A stretch of 64,000 nt of DNA, taken from the human T2T-CHM13v2.0 reference genome, Homo sapiens. Under the pieces are notes generated by a model, which saw nothing but the letters and a program-made list of their open reading frames with translations, was not told the origin of the DNA and made no database searches. Where the stretch lies: NCBI RefSeq assembly GCF_009914755.1, contig NC_060938.1; one strand, 5' to 3'. The stretch's first letter is position 1. The number at the start of each line of letters is the position of its first letter. Shown one piece after another: positions 38,355-57,075 of the stretch. The position numbers and the translations under genes were made by a program.

Positions 38355-38985
38355 TATTTAGAAAAGCCTACTCTTCACCAAAAAAACAACTAGAACTGAT
38401 AAACAAATTCAGGAAAGTTACAGGATATAAAGTCAACGTACAAAAATTAGTAGCATTTCTATATGCCAACAGTGAACAATCTGAGAAAGAAACCAAGAAA
38501 GTAATCCCATTTACAATAGCTACAAATAAAATAAAATACCTAGGAATAAACTTAGCCAAAGAAGTGAAAGATCTCTACAATAAAAACTATAAAACATTGA
38601 TGAAAGAAATTGAAGAGGACACAAAAAATGGAAAGATGTTCCGTATTCAAGGATTTGAGGACTCAATACTGTTAAAATGTCAATACTACTCAAAGCAATC
38701 TACAGATTCAATGCAATCCCTAGCAAAATACCAATGACATTCTTCACAGAAATAGAAGAAATAATCCTAAGAGTTATATGGAGCCACAAAGTATGGCTCC
38801 AGATCTGGAGTCAGAATAGCCAAAGCAATCCTGAGCGAAAAGAACAAAGCTGGAGGCATCATATTGCCTGATTTCAAATTATACTACAAACCTATAGTAA
38901 CCAAAACAGCCTGGCACTGGCATAAAAACAGGTATATAGACCAATGGAACAGAGTAGAGAACCCAGAAATAAATCCATGCATTTA
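38355..38985 (+). mobile_element. Internal L1 ORF2 fragment
   Basis: ORF 38677..38871 [27 protein letters not shown] is L1 ORF2. Confidence 0.93.
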
Positions 38986-39162
38986 CTATTGCAATGAATT
39001 TGTATTTATTTGCACTATTTTCTCTAATCCTGAGTGAAAATCAAAAGGCATGTTGATGACCACCAACTATATTCTGTGAATGATATTGTGCTATTTGAAT
39101 TACAACCTCTTTTATTTGCCTAGGCGATGCTCCATCAATACTTACCCCAAAACAAATTTTCC

Positions 39163-39800
39163 TGTATTTGTGTTCTACTGCTATGTGACAAATTACCACA
39201 AATTTAGTGGCTTAAAAAACCACACACATTCACTAGTCCTATAAGACAGTTAAAAAAAAACCCCACTTATTATCTTGTAGTTTCCATGGGTCAGGAGTTT
39301 AGGCAGAGCTTGTGTGGATCCTCTGCTCAGGGACTCACAGGCTACATTCTCATCTGGAGGCTTGACTTGGGGAAGAATCCATTTCCCAGCTCTTCCAGTT
39401 GTTGGTAGACTTCATTTCCTTGTGACTGTATGACTGAGGGCACTGACTTTTTGCTGGCAATTGACTGGGGGTCCGTTTCAGGTCCTAGAGGCTGCCTAAA
39501 GGTCTTTGACACATGAGCTTTCTCAATGTGGCTGTTTATTCATCCAGCAAGGAGAATCTCTAGCTCCAGTCTACTAAGATGGAGTCTGATATAATGTAAG
39601 ATAATTACAGGATGATGTCCCATCATCTTTACAACATAGCATAACCTAATCACTGGAATAACATTCCATCATCTTTTTACATTTTGTTGGAAGCAAGCCA
39701 TAAGTCCTGCCTACCCTTAAGGGGAGGAGATTACACAAGAGTGTGAACACTAGGAGATGGGAATCTTTGGGGCTCACCTTGGCATCTATCTGACACTAAC
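39163..39800 (-). mobile_element. MaLR LTR (MLT1-type)
   Basis: tgtatt...acaaattaccacaaatttagtggcttaaaa antisense MaLR signature. Confidence 0.8.
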
Positions 39801-39979
39801 CTTATTATGCCATACAAATTGTCAACTAAATGAAAACTTTTCTATAGCAAGGGTTCATATAAAAGGCCTTAAACATTTCTCACTCATATAGATACATAGC
39901 TAGATAGACAGATACAGAAATACATAGGCACACACACACACATACCATACACATACTATCACAGAGCTTGAGAGAACCG

Positions 39980-40490
39980 TGTATGAAGTTAGACACCTGG
40001 TGTCTCCAATATCTGTAATAACTACTTCAAGACTTAGTGGCTTAAAACAATCACAGTCTTATCTTGCTCATGAGTCTATGGGTCAGTATTTGGAGAGGGC
40101 ACAGCAAAGTAGGCTAGCTTATCTCCTTTCTACCAGATGTCTGTGGGGCCAGGATGCCCAAGAAGGTATCTTTACTTGCAAGTCTGCAGCCTCAGCTAGG
40201 ATAGCTGAAATGGCTGGGGACTTGCTGAAACAGCAAACCGGGGTCATCCTTGAGGGGCCTTAGTTCTTGTTGGCTGAAGTTCTCAGTTCCTACAATTTCA
40301 GTGCATTTCCCTGTCCATGTGGCCTCTCCACATAATCTCACTATAGGGTCTCTCCAGCAAGGGAGCTGGACATTTTACATGGCAGCTAGACTCCTAGAGG
40401 CAGAAAACAGAAGTAGACAGTTATCTTAAGGCCTAGGCTTGAAAGTCCCAGAAAGTCAGTTCTACCACATTCTGTTGGTCAAAGACAATC
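39980..40490 (-). mobile_element. MaLR LTR (MLT1-type)
   Basis: cttagtggcttaaaacaatcac...ttgctcatgagtctatgggtcag...cacattctgttggtcaaag. Confidence 0.75.
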
Positions 40491-41223
40491 TTTATGTTTC
40501 CATTGTCTCTTTCACGTCTTCTTATACTGTCTTGGTAAGAAGACAACGCAATGTAGAATACAAGTGGTAGCAATGTGCATACTTGTCTCATTTCTGATTT
40601 TAAAGGAACTACAAATGTTTCCCCATTTAACATGACGTTTGCACTAGGTATTTAATAAATATTTTTATCAGGATAAAGAAGTTATCTTCCATTTCTATTT
40701 TCTAAGTGTTTATTTTTAATGATGAAGGCTTTTTCTTCAAGCTTTGATATGATCAAATGGATTTTTCTCTTTTAATGTATAATGGATTTTCTAATATTAA
40801 ACCATCCTTGCATATCTAAAATAAATCCAACTTGATTACTATGTGCTATTTTTGATACAATGTTTGATTCAATTTGCTAATATTTAAGATTATTGTATTC
40901 ATATTCACCAGCAAAATGAGCCTATAATTTTTCTTTCTCATAATGTATTCCTGGTTTTGTTTTGAAAGTTATGCTAGCTTTATAGAACAAATTGGGCAGT
41001 ATCCTTTCTTCTTCTATTCTATAAAATAACAAATATTTTAACTGTTCTTTAAAAAACTCATAGAAATTTTCTGCAAAACTATCAATGTTTTCTCTGTGGA
41101 AAGATGTTTCTAATTGACAAAAATTGTATATATTTAGAGTGTAAAACATGATATTTTGATTATGTATACATGTGGAACGGCTAAATCAAGCTAATTAACA
41201 TATCCATTACATTCCTCACATAC

Positions 41224-41430
41224 TGCTATGATTTGAATGTATGTGGCCCTCCAAAAGTACATATGTAGGAACTTAAACTTTAAGGTGATGGTATTAAGAG
41301 ATGGGGCCTCTGAAAAAGTGATTAAGTCGTAAGTACTCCACCCTCATGAATGGATAATAAAAGAAGTTTCAGAGCACTGCCTGGCCCTTCCATTTCTTCT
41401 GCTATGTGAGAACACAGCATTCATCCCTGG
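41224..41430 (+). mobile_element. MaLR LTR fragment (MST-type)
   Basis: tgctatgatttgaatgt...ccctcatgaatgga. Confidence 0.75.
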
Positions 41431-41450
41431 TGATTAGTGATGTTGAGCAT

Positions 41451-41725
<275 letters not shown>

Positions 41726-42533
41726 ATTTTTTTCTCATATACCTGCTCAGCATTTCTATGTCTTCTTTGGAGAAATGTCTATGCAGATCCTTTGCCCATA
41801 TTTTTAGTTGGGTTATTCATTTCTATGGGAAGATTTTAACTACTGTTTCAATTACTTCATTACTGCAATAGTTTAAGACTATTCAAGTCTTTCATTTCTT
41901 CTAGTAAATTATATTTTTTCTAGGGTTTTATCCTTTTAATCTAAATTTGTAAAACCATTGGCATAGAGTTGTTGATAGTATTCTGCTATGTTTAAATTTC
42001 TACTTTATCTTATTTATGTTCCTCTTTTTATTCATAAAATTGGTTATAGCTTCTTCCTTCTCTTGATAAATCTTGTCAGCAATTTATATTGTTAGTTGTT
42101 TTGAAAACTTAACTTTTGTCTTTGTTGGCCTCTATTTAATCTTTGCTTTATATTTCACTTTTATTGTATTTTCCTTCTGTATTCTGTAGGTGTATTTTCT
42201 TTTTCATTCACCAATATCTTAAAATGGGCATTAATCTCATTAATTTCAAGTCTTTATAAATTTCCTAGAAGCACAATTTTTCTTGCATCCCGCAGGCTTC
42301 TACATAGTAATTATTATTCACTTCTAGGGTTTTTAAATTTATGCTTTTTAAGAAAACTATGAGTTACTCAGCAAATTGTGTTTTATAGATTTTGAAATAG
42401 GCAGTATTAAGTTTTTTACGTTTTTGTAACTAATTTCTAACCTAGCTGCATTGTGGTCAGAGATTATCAGTGTATGTAATAGCTAACCTCTGAAATTTAC
42501 TGAGGCTTTCTTAATGGTCTAGTGCATGAATAA

Positions 42534-43020
<487 letters not shown>

Positions 43021-43456
43021 TAACCATGGATTTACATATATCCATTTCTTTCTACAGAATGCTTAATATATTTTGAGGCTGTTTTATTCAGTGCATACAT
43101 GCATTAAATCATTATATATTCAGTATATAATGACCCTCTGCAACCCTAATAATATTTTTTATCTTCAAGTACATTTTATTTTATAGTAATATAGGCCAAT
43201 AGTTTTCTTTTTGCTTTGCCCAATTTGTCTTTATTCATCTTTTTGCTTCCAAATTTTGTGTCGTTATTTTAAGATGTGTCCCTTATATGTCTGGATTTGT
43301 TGAAATACAACCTGTCTTTGTCTTTTAAGTATAAACTTAGTCCATTTTTAGTTATTGTTATTATTGATATATTTTGACCTGTTTTTACCACTTGAATTTG
43401 TTACTTTAGACTGTTCCTTTATTTTTTATTTTTTCTTTTAAAAAAAATAAAAACTA

Positions 43457-44440
<984 letters not shown>

Positions 44441-44579
44441 GGTAGGGGGGGTGTCAAGAATTTCAGAATTAAGTCATCACATTCTCCATTCTCTTTCCAC
44501 ATTTCTCCCTGCCCCCACCAAAAATAAAGAAAGACTCTGTCAGGGTTTCAACTAAAATTGCTCTGAATTTTTACATTAA

Positions 44580-45017
<438 letters not shown>

Positions 45018-45421
45018 TAGTCTTTTTCATACAAATCATACATATCTTTTGTTAGATTTATTCTTACATATCTTATGCTTGTGTTGCTGTTGTAAGTGGC
45101 ATCATTTTTTAATTATACATTGTCTAGCCATTTGTTTAGGTTTAGAAATGCAATTGACATTTGTACATTAATCTTATATGTCATATCAGCAATCTTGCTG
45201 AACCATAAAATTGATTATAATTTTACGATTGTTTTTCTATAAATTTTCTTAGGCTATCTATTTAGACAATCATATTGTATGCAAATGTTGACAATATTTC
45301 TTTCCTTTCTAGTTCTTTCTCTTATCTAACCGCATTAGCTGGAATCTCCAGTATAATGTTAAATAGATGTAATAAGAGCAAGTATACTTGTTTCATTCTT
45401 ACTTTAAAGTGAATGGTACTA

Positions 45422-45482
45422 TTAGGTTGGTGCAAAAGTAAAAGTAATGGCAAAAACAGCAATTACTTTTGCAGCAACATAA
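45422..45482. mobile_element. MADE1 (Hsmar1 MITE), internally deleted
   Basis: ttaggttggtgcaaaagtaa...ttacttttgcagcaacataa inverted termini. Confidence 0.9.
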
Positions 45483-48400
45483 ATAATATTCACCATTAGG
45501 TATTATGTTTGCTGTAGGTTTTTGGTAGTCACCCTTTTTCCAGTTAAGAAAGTTTTCTTTTATTTCTAATTTATTCTAAGTTTTTATTATGAATGGGGAT
45601 TGAGCATAATCGAGTATTTTTTCTATATCTATTGAAAAAATTATATTAATTTTCTCATTCAATATTTCTAAGAGGTCAATTATATTACCTTTTATGAACA
45701 CCGATGTTCAACTATCTTTTTCTTTCTGAGATTAACCCAACTTATCATGATATCTATGATAATCTAAATCAATTGCCTATTATTGTCTTTTTTTCACAGT
45801 GTTTGTCTCACAATGTCCTGTGGTTAAACTCAATACTAGGTGGGGAATAGTTTTTTTTAAATGTTGTTTGAAGAGTCTCTGTAAGTTTGGAATTATCTGT
45901 TCCTTCAATGCTTGGTAAAATACTATGAAAAGTGACCTAGGTCTCATGTTGTTTCTGTGTGGGTAGAGGAAGGACAGAAAGAATAGATTGTTAATCACCG
46001 ATTCAATTTCTTTAACACTACTTCTTCGATACGCTTCCATCTTTTTACTTCTTCTTGAATTTATACTGGCAAGTGATATGTTTCTAGGAAGTTGTCTATT
46101 TCATCTATATTTTCAAGTTCATTGGTAGAAAGTCCTTTGTAGTTTTCACTTATCTTTAATTTCTGCTGAATGTGCACTTTTTTTTATTTCTAACACTGTT
46201 TATTTATTTATTTTTCTCTTGTTTCTTATCAGTCTGCTGGAGGTTTGTCTATTTTATTAGTCTTTCCAAAGAACTTCATTTTATCTTTATTTTTTCTATT
46301 TCATTAATGTCTACTTTTATCTTTATTTCTCTTCTCATCTTTTCTTTGGATTTATCCTGTTGATCATTTGCTATCTTAGGTTGGATGCTTAGCTTACTAA
46401 TTTTCAGCTTTCCTTTTTTTCTGATGTAAACATTCGAAAATAGAAATTTCCCTCTGTTTTGCTATATTTCATGAATTTCAATTTGGTATTTGTATGGGTA
46501 GTTCTAAGCATTTACAAATTTTAATTGTGCCTATATTTATATTCATAAATTATTTAGTAAAGTTCTTTTAAATTTCCAAATATATGAGTTTTACATGAGT
46601 TTAATTTTAACTTTTCATTGAAGAATAATATGCATACACAAAAAAACATAAACACACAGCTCAAAGAATTTTCACAAATGAAATAAAACTATGTCACCAA
46701 CATCCAGATCAAGAAGGAGAACTTTGCCAGCACTCCAGAAGCCACTCATATGCTTTCTTCTAATCACTGTCCCTTCCCAAGAGTAAGCACTCCCCTGACT
46801 TCCAACAGCATAGATCTGCCTGCTTTTGTATTTCATATGAATGGAATCATACAATATGTAGGCTGTCTTGTCTGGCCTCTTTTGCTCAGCCTTAAATTTT
46901 GGGATTCATACATATTGCTGCATGTAACTATAATATGTTAATTGTCATTGCTGCAGAGTCATTCACTTTATTAATGCACCACAATTTCTTTATCCATTCT
47001 ACTGTTAATGGACATCTGGTCAGTTTCCAGTTCAGGCTATTCTAAATAGTGCTGCTGTTAAAATTGTAGTACATATTTTTTGTTGAACATATGCATACCA
47101 TTTCCACTAGTGTAAATGAATTATTGGGTCATAGGTTATATGTATATTCAGCTTTAGTTGATATGGTCAAACATTTTTTACAAAGTGATTGGACCAATTT
47201 ATACTCCCACTAAGAAGGTTATTTTTGTAGTTGACTTCTAACTTAATTGCATTATACTCAGCAAATGTGATCAATATATTATCAGTTCTTTGAAATTTAT
47301 TGAGACTTGCTTGATGTTAAATTTTCCACAATCTTCCATGTGTGCTTGAGGACTCCTTTCCCACCAACCTCTTTCATGTCTAGTTTATCCTTCCCATATT
47401 TCTTTTGCACAAATGAGCAGATTCACATATATTTTCTTATATCTCTTTTTCTTACATAAATGTCTACCACCATATGTTTCAAGAATTTTCAAGATGTTCT
47501 ATTTTTATAAGCTGCTTTTTTCATTACTTTTACGTCTGATTTTGGATTAACTAGGGACTTTTCCCTCTCACTGTGATGAGAAAAGTATAACCTCTATATC
47601 TGTATTTTTAGTAATTATGCTTCTATTTTTAACTCTCATACTTGGTTCATGTCTAAAGGTAATTCACATGTCAACTTTTCTCTAAACAATTCCAGGAACT
47701 TCATAATCTCAAAAAAAATGTTTATTGATTGCCTGCTATTTGTTAAGGACTGTTCTATGCACTTTACTTATAACAAGTCACTTAAGGTCTCAGAAGTTAA
47801 GAAATTTGCCAGGGTTTCAAAGATATCAATTCACGAGACTGAGATTCAAGCCCAGGAAGTCTAGTTTCATATTCTGTTACCTTGAAAACTATAATTAACC
47901 TGAAATGTGAGTTAGGATCCTCTCTTCTCATGTTACACATTATTCTCGTCTAGTATTTTTATTCAGTTTTTTTCTTTGCTCACAATTTCTTATCACATCT
48001 CACACTTTTCTTTTGAGAACAGCTTTCTTGTTCCTGAAGTACATCCTTTTAGAAGTACCTTTAGTGAGGATCTGTTGAAGGTAAAAAATTCTCAGTATTT
48101 ATCAGTCAGCAAGCATATTTATTTTACGATAGCTGAGCTGAGATTAACAGTTATGTTCTCTCACAATTTTGAATATATCATTCCATTGCCTTTTATTTTC
48201 TATGTCACTGATGAGAATTCTCTCACTGTAATTATCATACCCTTTGCAAGTAAATTGGCTTTTCATTTTTCTTGCTTTTGTAAACTTCTTTTAGTCTTCA
48301 GTGTTATACAGCTGCACCAAGATATAACCGATTGTGAATTGCTTTCTGGAAATGTTGCTTGGAATTCATTATATCTCCTAAATCTGAAGATTTATGTCTT

Positions 48401-48531
48401 CATCAATTCTGAAAAATCTTTACACAGAATCTCTTTGAATAATATCTCTCCCATTCTCTCTATTCTTCCCTTTTGGAACTCTAATTAAATGGATGTTAGA
48501 CCTTCTTATCCTATTCTTATTAATGAATATT

Positions 48532-48893
48532 TGTGATGGTTAATTTTATGTGTCAACTGTACTGAGTTATGAGGTGACCAAATACTTGGTTAAACACTAT
48601 TGATCTTCTCCTGTCCTTGGACTAGGACTTACACTCCTGGTTCTCAGGCCGTCAGAATTAGACTAGAACTCACATCATGGGTTCTCCTGATTCTCAGGCC
48701 TTTGGACTTGGACAGGAAGCACGTCACCAGCTTTCTGGGTCTCCAGCTTGCAGATGGCAGATTATAGGACTTCTCAGCCTCTATAATCATGTGAGCAATT
48801 CCTTGTAATAATCTCTTTACATATATATATATATGAATATATATGGTTTTGTTTCTCTGTGGTTCTTTTTCTCTACAGAATCCTGAACAATAC
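48532..48893 (+). mobile_element. ERVL LTR (MLT2-type, internally deleted)
   Basis: tgtgatggttaattttatgtgtcaac...gaacaataca. Confidence 0.88.
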
Positions 48894-49075
48894 AGATTAG
48901 GTACAAAATTAGGCTTTATTATTGTTTTAGTCAATGTTAGTTTCAGTGAAATAATGTTTCATTTATGCTTCATATTTTAAAAACTCATTTGTATCTACTT
49001 TCCTCTAATATGCATGCATACAGACATGGTCTATTGATTTGCTGATATTTTCTGTATTAATTTTAAGGACTTTTA

Positions 49076-49965
<890 letters not shown>

Positions 49966-50079
49966 GATATCTACAAACAAAAAAAGCAAAAGTTGATCCC
50001 TGCTTCACACCATACATAGAGTCAATTTGTGATGAACTATAAACCTAAATGACAAAGATAAAATAATAGAATTTCTAAT

Positions 50080-52090
50080 TTCTTAAGACTTCTTCTTTGA
50101 CCTCTGCGTTATAAAGCATTGTTTAATATTTTGGAATTTTTTTGTTATTGATTTCTGGTTTAATTCCATCATGGTCTGATATACTTTGTATCATTTCTAT
50201 TCTTTTACATATCATATACTTTGTATCATTTCTAATTACATACTTTATATCATTTCTATTCTTTTAAGTTTAATTTAAGTATATATTATATACTTTGTAT
50301 ATTATATACAAATATATAAATATTATTATATATATTATTATATTATGTATAATATATATAATATAATATAATATATAATATAATATAATATATAATATAA
50401 TATAATATATAATATTATATGTAATATAATATAATATTATATATAATATATATAATATATTATATGTAATATATATATTATATATATTATATATAATATA
50501 TAATATATAATATATATAATATATATATTACATATAATATATTATATATATTATATATAATATAATATATAATATTATATATTATATATAATATAATATA
50601 ATATATGTAATATATAATATAACATAATATATAATATATAATATAATATATATTATATTATATATATAATATATTATATATATTATATAATATATATTAT
50701 ATTATATATAATATTATAATATATATATTATACATAATATATTTGTATATTATATATATAAATATATATACACAAAGTATATTATATATTATAATAATAT
50801 AATATAATATATTATTATAATATATATAATATAATATTATAATAATATAATATAATATATTATTATAATATATATAATATAAATTATAATAATATATTAT
50901 ATATAATATTATAGTATAATATATAATATAATATTATATATAATATTATAGTATAATATATAATATAATATTATATATAATATTATATATTATAATATAT
51001 AATATAATATTATATATAATATTATATATTATAATATATAATATTATATATAATATTATATATTATAATATATAATATAATATTATATATAATATTATAT
51101 ATTATAATATATAATATTATATTATATAATATTATATATAATATACTTTGTGTATATATATTTATATATATAATATACAAATAATATATAATACACTTTG
51201 TATCATTTCTATTATTTTAAGTTTATTCAAGTATGATTTAAGGTCCAGAATATGGTTTGTCTTGGCAAATATTCCATTAGCTTGAGAAGAATGTGTATTT
51301 TGCTGTTGTTAAATGAAGTACTATATAAATGTCAATATTAGATCAAATTGACTGATGACACTGTTCAGCTCAACTATATTCTTACTGATTTTTTTGCCTG
51401 TGTGAACAATCAGTTACTGAAGGAGAGGTATTGAGGTCTCCAACCAGAAGAGTGGAGAGGAAGTGCTCTATAGCCCTATGATTAAGTCTTTCAAGGAGCC
51501 TGTGTCCCCAGGCTGTAATCTCTTTTCTTCCCCTTAGGTGACACAGAAAGACTAGAGGAGGTTGGAGGTGGAGAATTTCCCTTCCCTCACGTCAGATAAG
51601 GCTCTGGTACCCTTTTCTGTTGCTGAGTAGGCCTCTGTTATGGGGAACACTCTGGGTGTATTTCAGCATGTTTGCTTTTCCCTTCTGCCTGCCAGAAACA
51701 TGAAGAATTTGCTTGGCTTTTTACTGTAAGAATCTGGTGGAATTCCTGGAGGTAAAACTCATAAAAGGAGACTTCCTAAGAGTGCAATTCTCAGAAGTTT
51801 CTCACTTCCAAGCTAGTTCAGACTCAGCCTACAACAATTAATCAAAGTTACTACTTATGCATTCTTACTGGTTGAATGACTCCAGCAGTTTTTAATTTCA
51901 GCAAGCTGATCCCAGCTATGATTTTCTGTATTAATCTGTCACTCCAGATTTTGGGGTGCTGGTTTGTCCTGTGACCTCAATTCTCTGACAGAAAAAATAA
52001 GAAAAGTAATTGATTTTCAGTTTGTTCAATTTTCATCCTTGTTGTAAGGACAGGAATAATAACTTCCAAGCTCCTTACATGTTGGAGCTG
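50080..52090 (-). mobile_element. Old L1M fragment hosting the AT-rich block
   Basis: ttattgatttctggtttaattccatcatggtctga...ccagaatatggtttgtcttggcaaatattcc...gaatgtgtattttgctgttg reads continuously once the AT block is removed. Confidence 0.75.
50281..51195. repeat. ~900-bp AT-rich low-complexity block with nested inverted repeats
   Basis: Almost purely A/T; perfect inverted pairs 50740-50789/51134-51183, 50340-50360/50720-50740 and 50457-50476/50521-50540. Confidence 0.95.
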
Positions 52091-52134
52091 AAACAAGAAA
52101 TTCTAACAATAGAGCTTCTAAGTCAAGAAGATAA

Positions 52135-52529
<395 letters not shown>

Positions 52530-52621
52530 TGAGTCAGATTTTGTTAAAATTTGAAACTTCTGTTTATCAAAAGAACCATCAGAAGAGTGAAAAGTCACAA
52601 GCCACAGAATGGAAGCATACA

Positions 52622-52971
52622 CAGTCATGCATCACATAATGACGTTTTGGTCAATAACAGGCCACGTATACAACTGTGGTTCCATTAGATAATAAGACCA
52701 TATTTTCACTGTACTTTTTCTATGTTGCTATGTTTAGGTACATAAATACTTGCCACTGTGTTACAATTGCCTGAAGTATTCAGTAGTGTAACATGCTGTA
52801 TAGGATTGTAGCCTAGGAGAATAGGCTATACTGTATAGCCTAGGTGTGTAGTAGGCTACACCATCCAGGTTGACGTACGTATATGCACTCAGTGATGTTC
52901 ACACAACGATGAAATTTCCTAAGAGAGACATTTCTCAGAATGTATCCCCATCGTTAGGCAACACAAGACTG
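52622..52971. mobile_element. Tigger3a/MER7-like Tc1-mariner element
   Basis: 350 bp; cagtcatgc...gactg termini followed by TA. Confidence 0.88.
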
Positions 52972-53110
52972 TATTTATGATACATATATCTGACAAGGAA
53001 CTCATAGCCACTCCCATAAATAAGAACAAGACAAAATCAAAAACATAGCCAAAAGATTTGTACAAGCGCTTCATAAAAGAGGCTATCCAAATGACCAATA
53101 AGCATATGAA

Positions 53111-53697
<587 letters not shown>

Positions 53698-55866
53698 GCA
53701 TATAAAAAGGTACTTAATATCATTACTCATCAGAGAAATGTGAAATAAAACCTCTATGAGATACCACTGCACACTCACTAAAATGGTTGGTTTTTAAAAA
53801 ACTAACAATACCAAATACTGGAGAAGATATGGAACAACGCAAGAACTTTTACATATTGCTAGTAGGAGTGTAAATGGGTACAACCATTTTGGAAAACTGT
53901 TTGGCAGTATGTACTACAGCAGAGCATTCAAATACCCTATTTTCCATCAGTTTAACTCTTGCAATTCATTGATATGTGTGCGCCAAAAGACATGTACAAG
54001 GAAGTTAATAGCAGAATTACTCACAATAGCCAAAAACTGGAAACAACTTAGATGTTCTTTAATAGTAGAAAAGATAAATAAATTGCACTCTATTCAATGG
54101 ACTAATAAAATATAGTAAAGAAGAAGGACAAACTACAGTTATACACGCAAAGAAACTTGATGAATTCCACAGACATAAGGATGATTACAATAGAGTGCCT
54201 ACTGTATGATTGCATTTCTATAAAGAACAAAACCATCAAAAGTTAACCTACGGTGACAGAAGTCAAAATAGTGTCTGCCCTTTGTAAGGGTGAGTAATGA
54301 CTGGAAGGGAACAAAAAGGTGGCTTGTAGGGTGCTGGTAATGTGTTAATTATATTTTGATCTAGGTAGTCATTAGTGGGATATGTTCACTTTGTAAAAAT
54401 TCATTAAACTGTCTCACTATTGGTGCAATTCCCTGTATATATGTTATTCTTCAATAAAAAATGTTTACTCTACTCCCACCCCCACTGTCATCCCCAAAAG
54501 CATTTTTTAGGACTTCATAATTCAAAACTAGGTACTAAGTGTATTTGTAGAGCTAAATGTTCACAGAATCTGGTAATTTATGGTCTTTTATGAGGTCTCC
54601 TTTCACCCCCGCCCCTTGACTATGAAAGCCTTAACAAAGAGGCAAGTCTTACTAAAACAATTCCCATGTTCTTCATATTCCTAAGGCTCCTCTGACATGA
54701 GTCCAAAAATCCAAATCACAGCTGGAGGTTTTCTCATAAGCCCCATATGAGTACCTTTTGTCTTAAGTGTGCTTTTTCTGTATGTGCAGTCGAGCGTTTT
54801 CCTACAGGAGCCATTCTGGCTGCTCTTCCCCTGCTGATGTTTCATCTTTGTCATTTCAAACTGTTCCTATCACTTTTTAAAACTTGTTGTGAAATATCAA
54901 GAAAATGAATGTGATCTCAAAGCTGTGGAGAAACAGGCTCAGGATCACATTATCCTGAGGCAAATAGCAACTGCGAGGGTCAAGTGGTTTTTTGGTTTGG
55001 TTTCCCAACTCAAAAGGAAATGTTAAAATTCACCATTTTGTTTTTATTTTGCTAAACCCAGAGTCAGATGGCCCCAACAAACCAAGACTGACATTGTACA
55101 GAGCATATACCTTACTCCTGAGGTCCCCAGTGTCCTAGCTGCATGCCCTCTAGGGTAGTTCAGTCTACCTACCGTCTAGGCCTACTGTCATCTGATTTTC
55201 AGTTCAGCAAATGTCTTAGATTGGAGAGTTAAATTTTTAAGTTATGGCCAATCCACACTTTAAAGCAATCATACCCATAAATAATCCATGTAAGTGTTTA
55301 TGCAGTCGTTCTCTTCCCACTTCCTTCTTTCTAAGTGTTTTGTATTTACAGGAGTACTTCCAACTCTGCATTTTTATTCATATGTATAATTTCAGACTTC
55401 TTTCAAACCTACTGCTATTATATAAGTGAGTTCTGCCTCCACTTACTGATTTATGGTCTTCATTTTAAGAATGTTTTATTTTCTTAAAATCCTATAAAAC
55501 ACAACATCTTGACAGGAAAAAAATGAAAAATGTTGTACAATGACTAAAAATACATACAGCAAAATCTAAGTAATCCAATGACATTCATTTTTATTTCTCA
55601 GCTTAATAAAGGTCTGCTTATTGTTCTTAAAACAAACAAAAAAACCACACCTTTATTAGTATCATGTAGAAAAATCCTCAAAGGAAAGTATTTGAATTGA
55701 TTCCTCAAAAATTATATTTAGAATTGTTTAATAGAAACATTGTAAATGGGTCAAGATTCTATGAGGAAAGGACATTGAATACACTTATGTTCTCACCTTT
55801 TAAAAAATTGGATGACTTTTAAGTTACAAAATAATTTTTTAAAAATGTTTCTTTAAGATTCAATAA

Positions 55867-56402
<536 letters not shown>

Positions 56403-56574
56403 TCTACTTCATTTGAAGATATTTGTACTAACATATTAAAATAAACCTTAATAAAAACAGTTTTTAAAATATAGATGCATTAAATGTAAGCCTGATAGAA
56501 ACAAATTATCATTAGTAAAATATTTAATTCTTCAATCAAATATTTATGTTCGATAAGTACTTTATCATATTATT

Positions 56575-56760
56575 TAATTTGGAGCTGGAAAGGTCCTTAA
56601 ACATTATTAAGTCCACTTTATCAAAAAAGGACATATACTTCCAAGAATGCAAATGACTTGCTCAGGGTCACATAGATATCAAAGCTTTGGTAGAATCAAG
56701 ATTAGACCTCAGATCACCTGTCCCTAAACCAGGGCTCTTTCCATGAAGCCATACTGCATA
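56575..56760 (-). mobile_element. MIR
   Basis: gagctggaaaggtcctta...aatgacttgctcagggtcacatag. Confidence 0.7.
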
Positions 56761-57032
56761 ACACATGCTCTTTTGTTTTCAATTTTTTTTCAAAGTTAAA
56801 TATGCATATGCATAATATGCATAAATAAGTCATGCAGTTTTACAAGGTTTATTTCAACTAACAGGAGCCCTCTTTCCCACTTCCATTTTCCATTCACTAC
56901 AAATTTCTCTTAACACTTTTTTCCAATGTTTGTGGAATTTACCTCCTTATTACTAAATATCATGTTTATATTGCTATTGTGATTATTCTTTTGTAGGTAT
57001 AATATAGAGGCTCTCCTTTTGCAGCGCTCTAT

Positions 57033-57034
<2 letters not shown>

Positions 57035-57072
<38 letters not shown>
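57035..57072. repeat. (CA)n microsatellite
   Basis: Direct read. Confidence 0.97.

Positions 57073-57075
<3 letters not shown>

Noticed and set aside
38355-38985. Second internally primed L1 insertion
   Set aside because: It lacks a 3' end, but I found no TSD or continuous host sequence, so later deletion is equally likely.
47976-48488. Longest ORF in the window (170 aa)
   Set aside because: TTG start, F/L/I/S-rich composition expected from T-rich antisense old L1, no recognisable domain.
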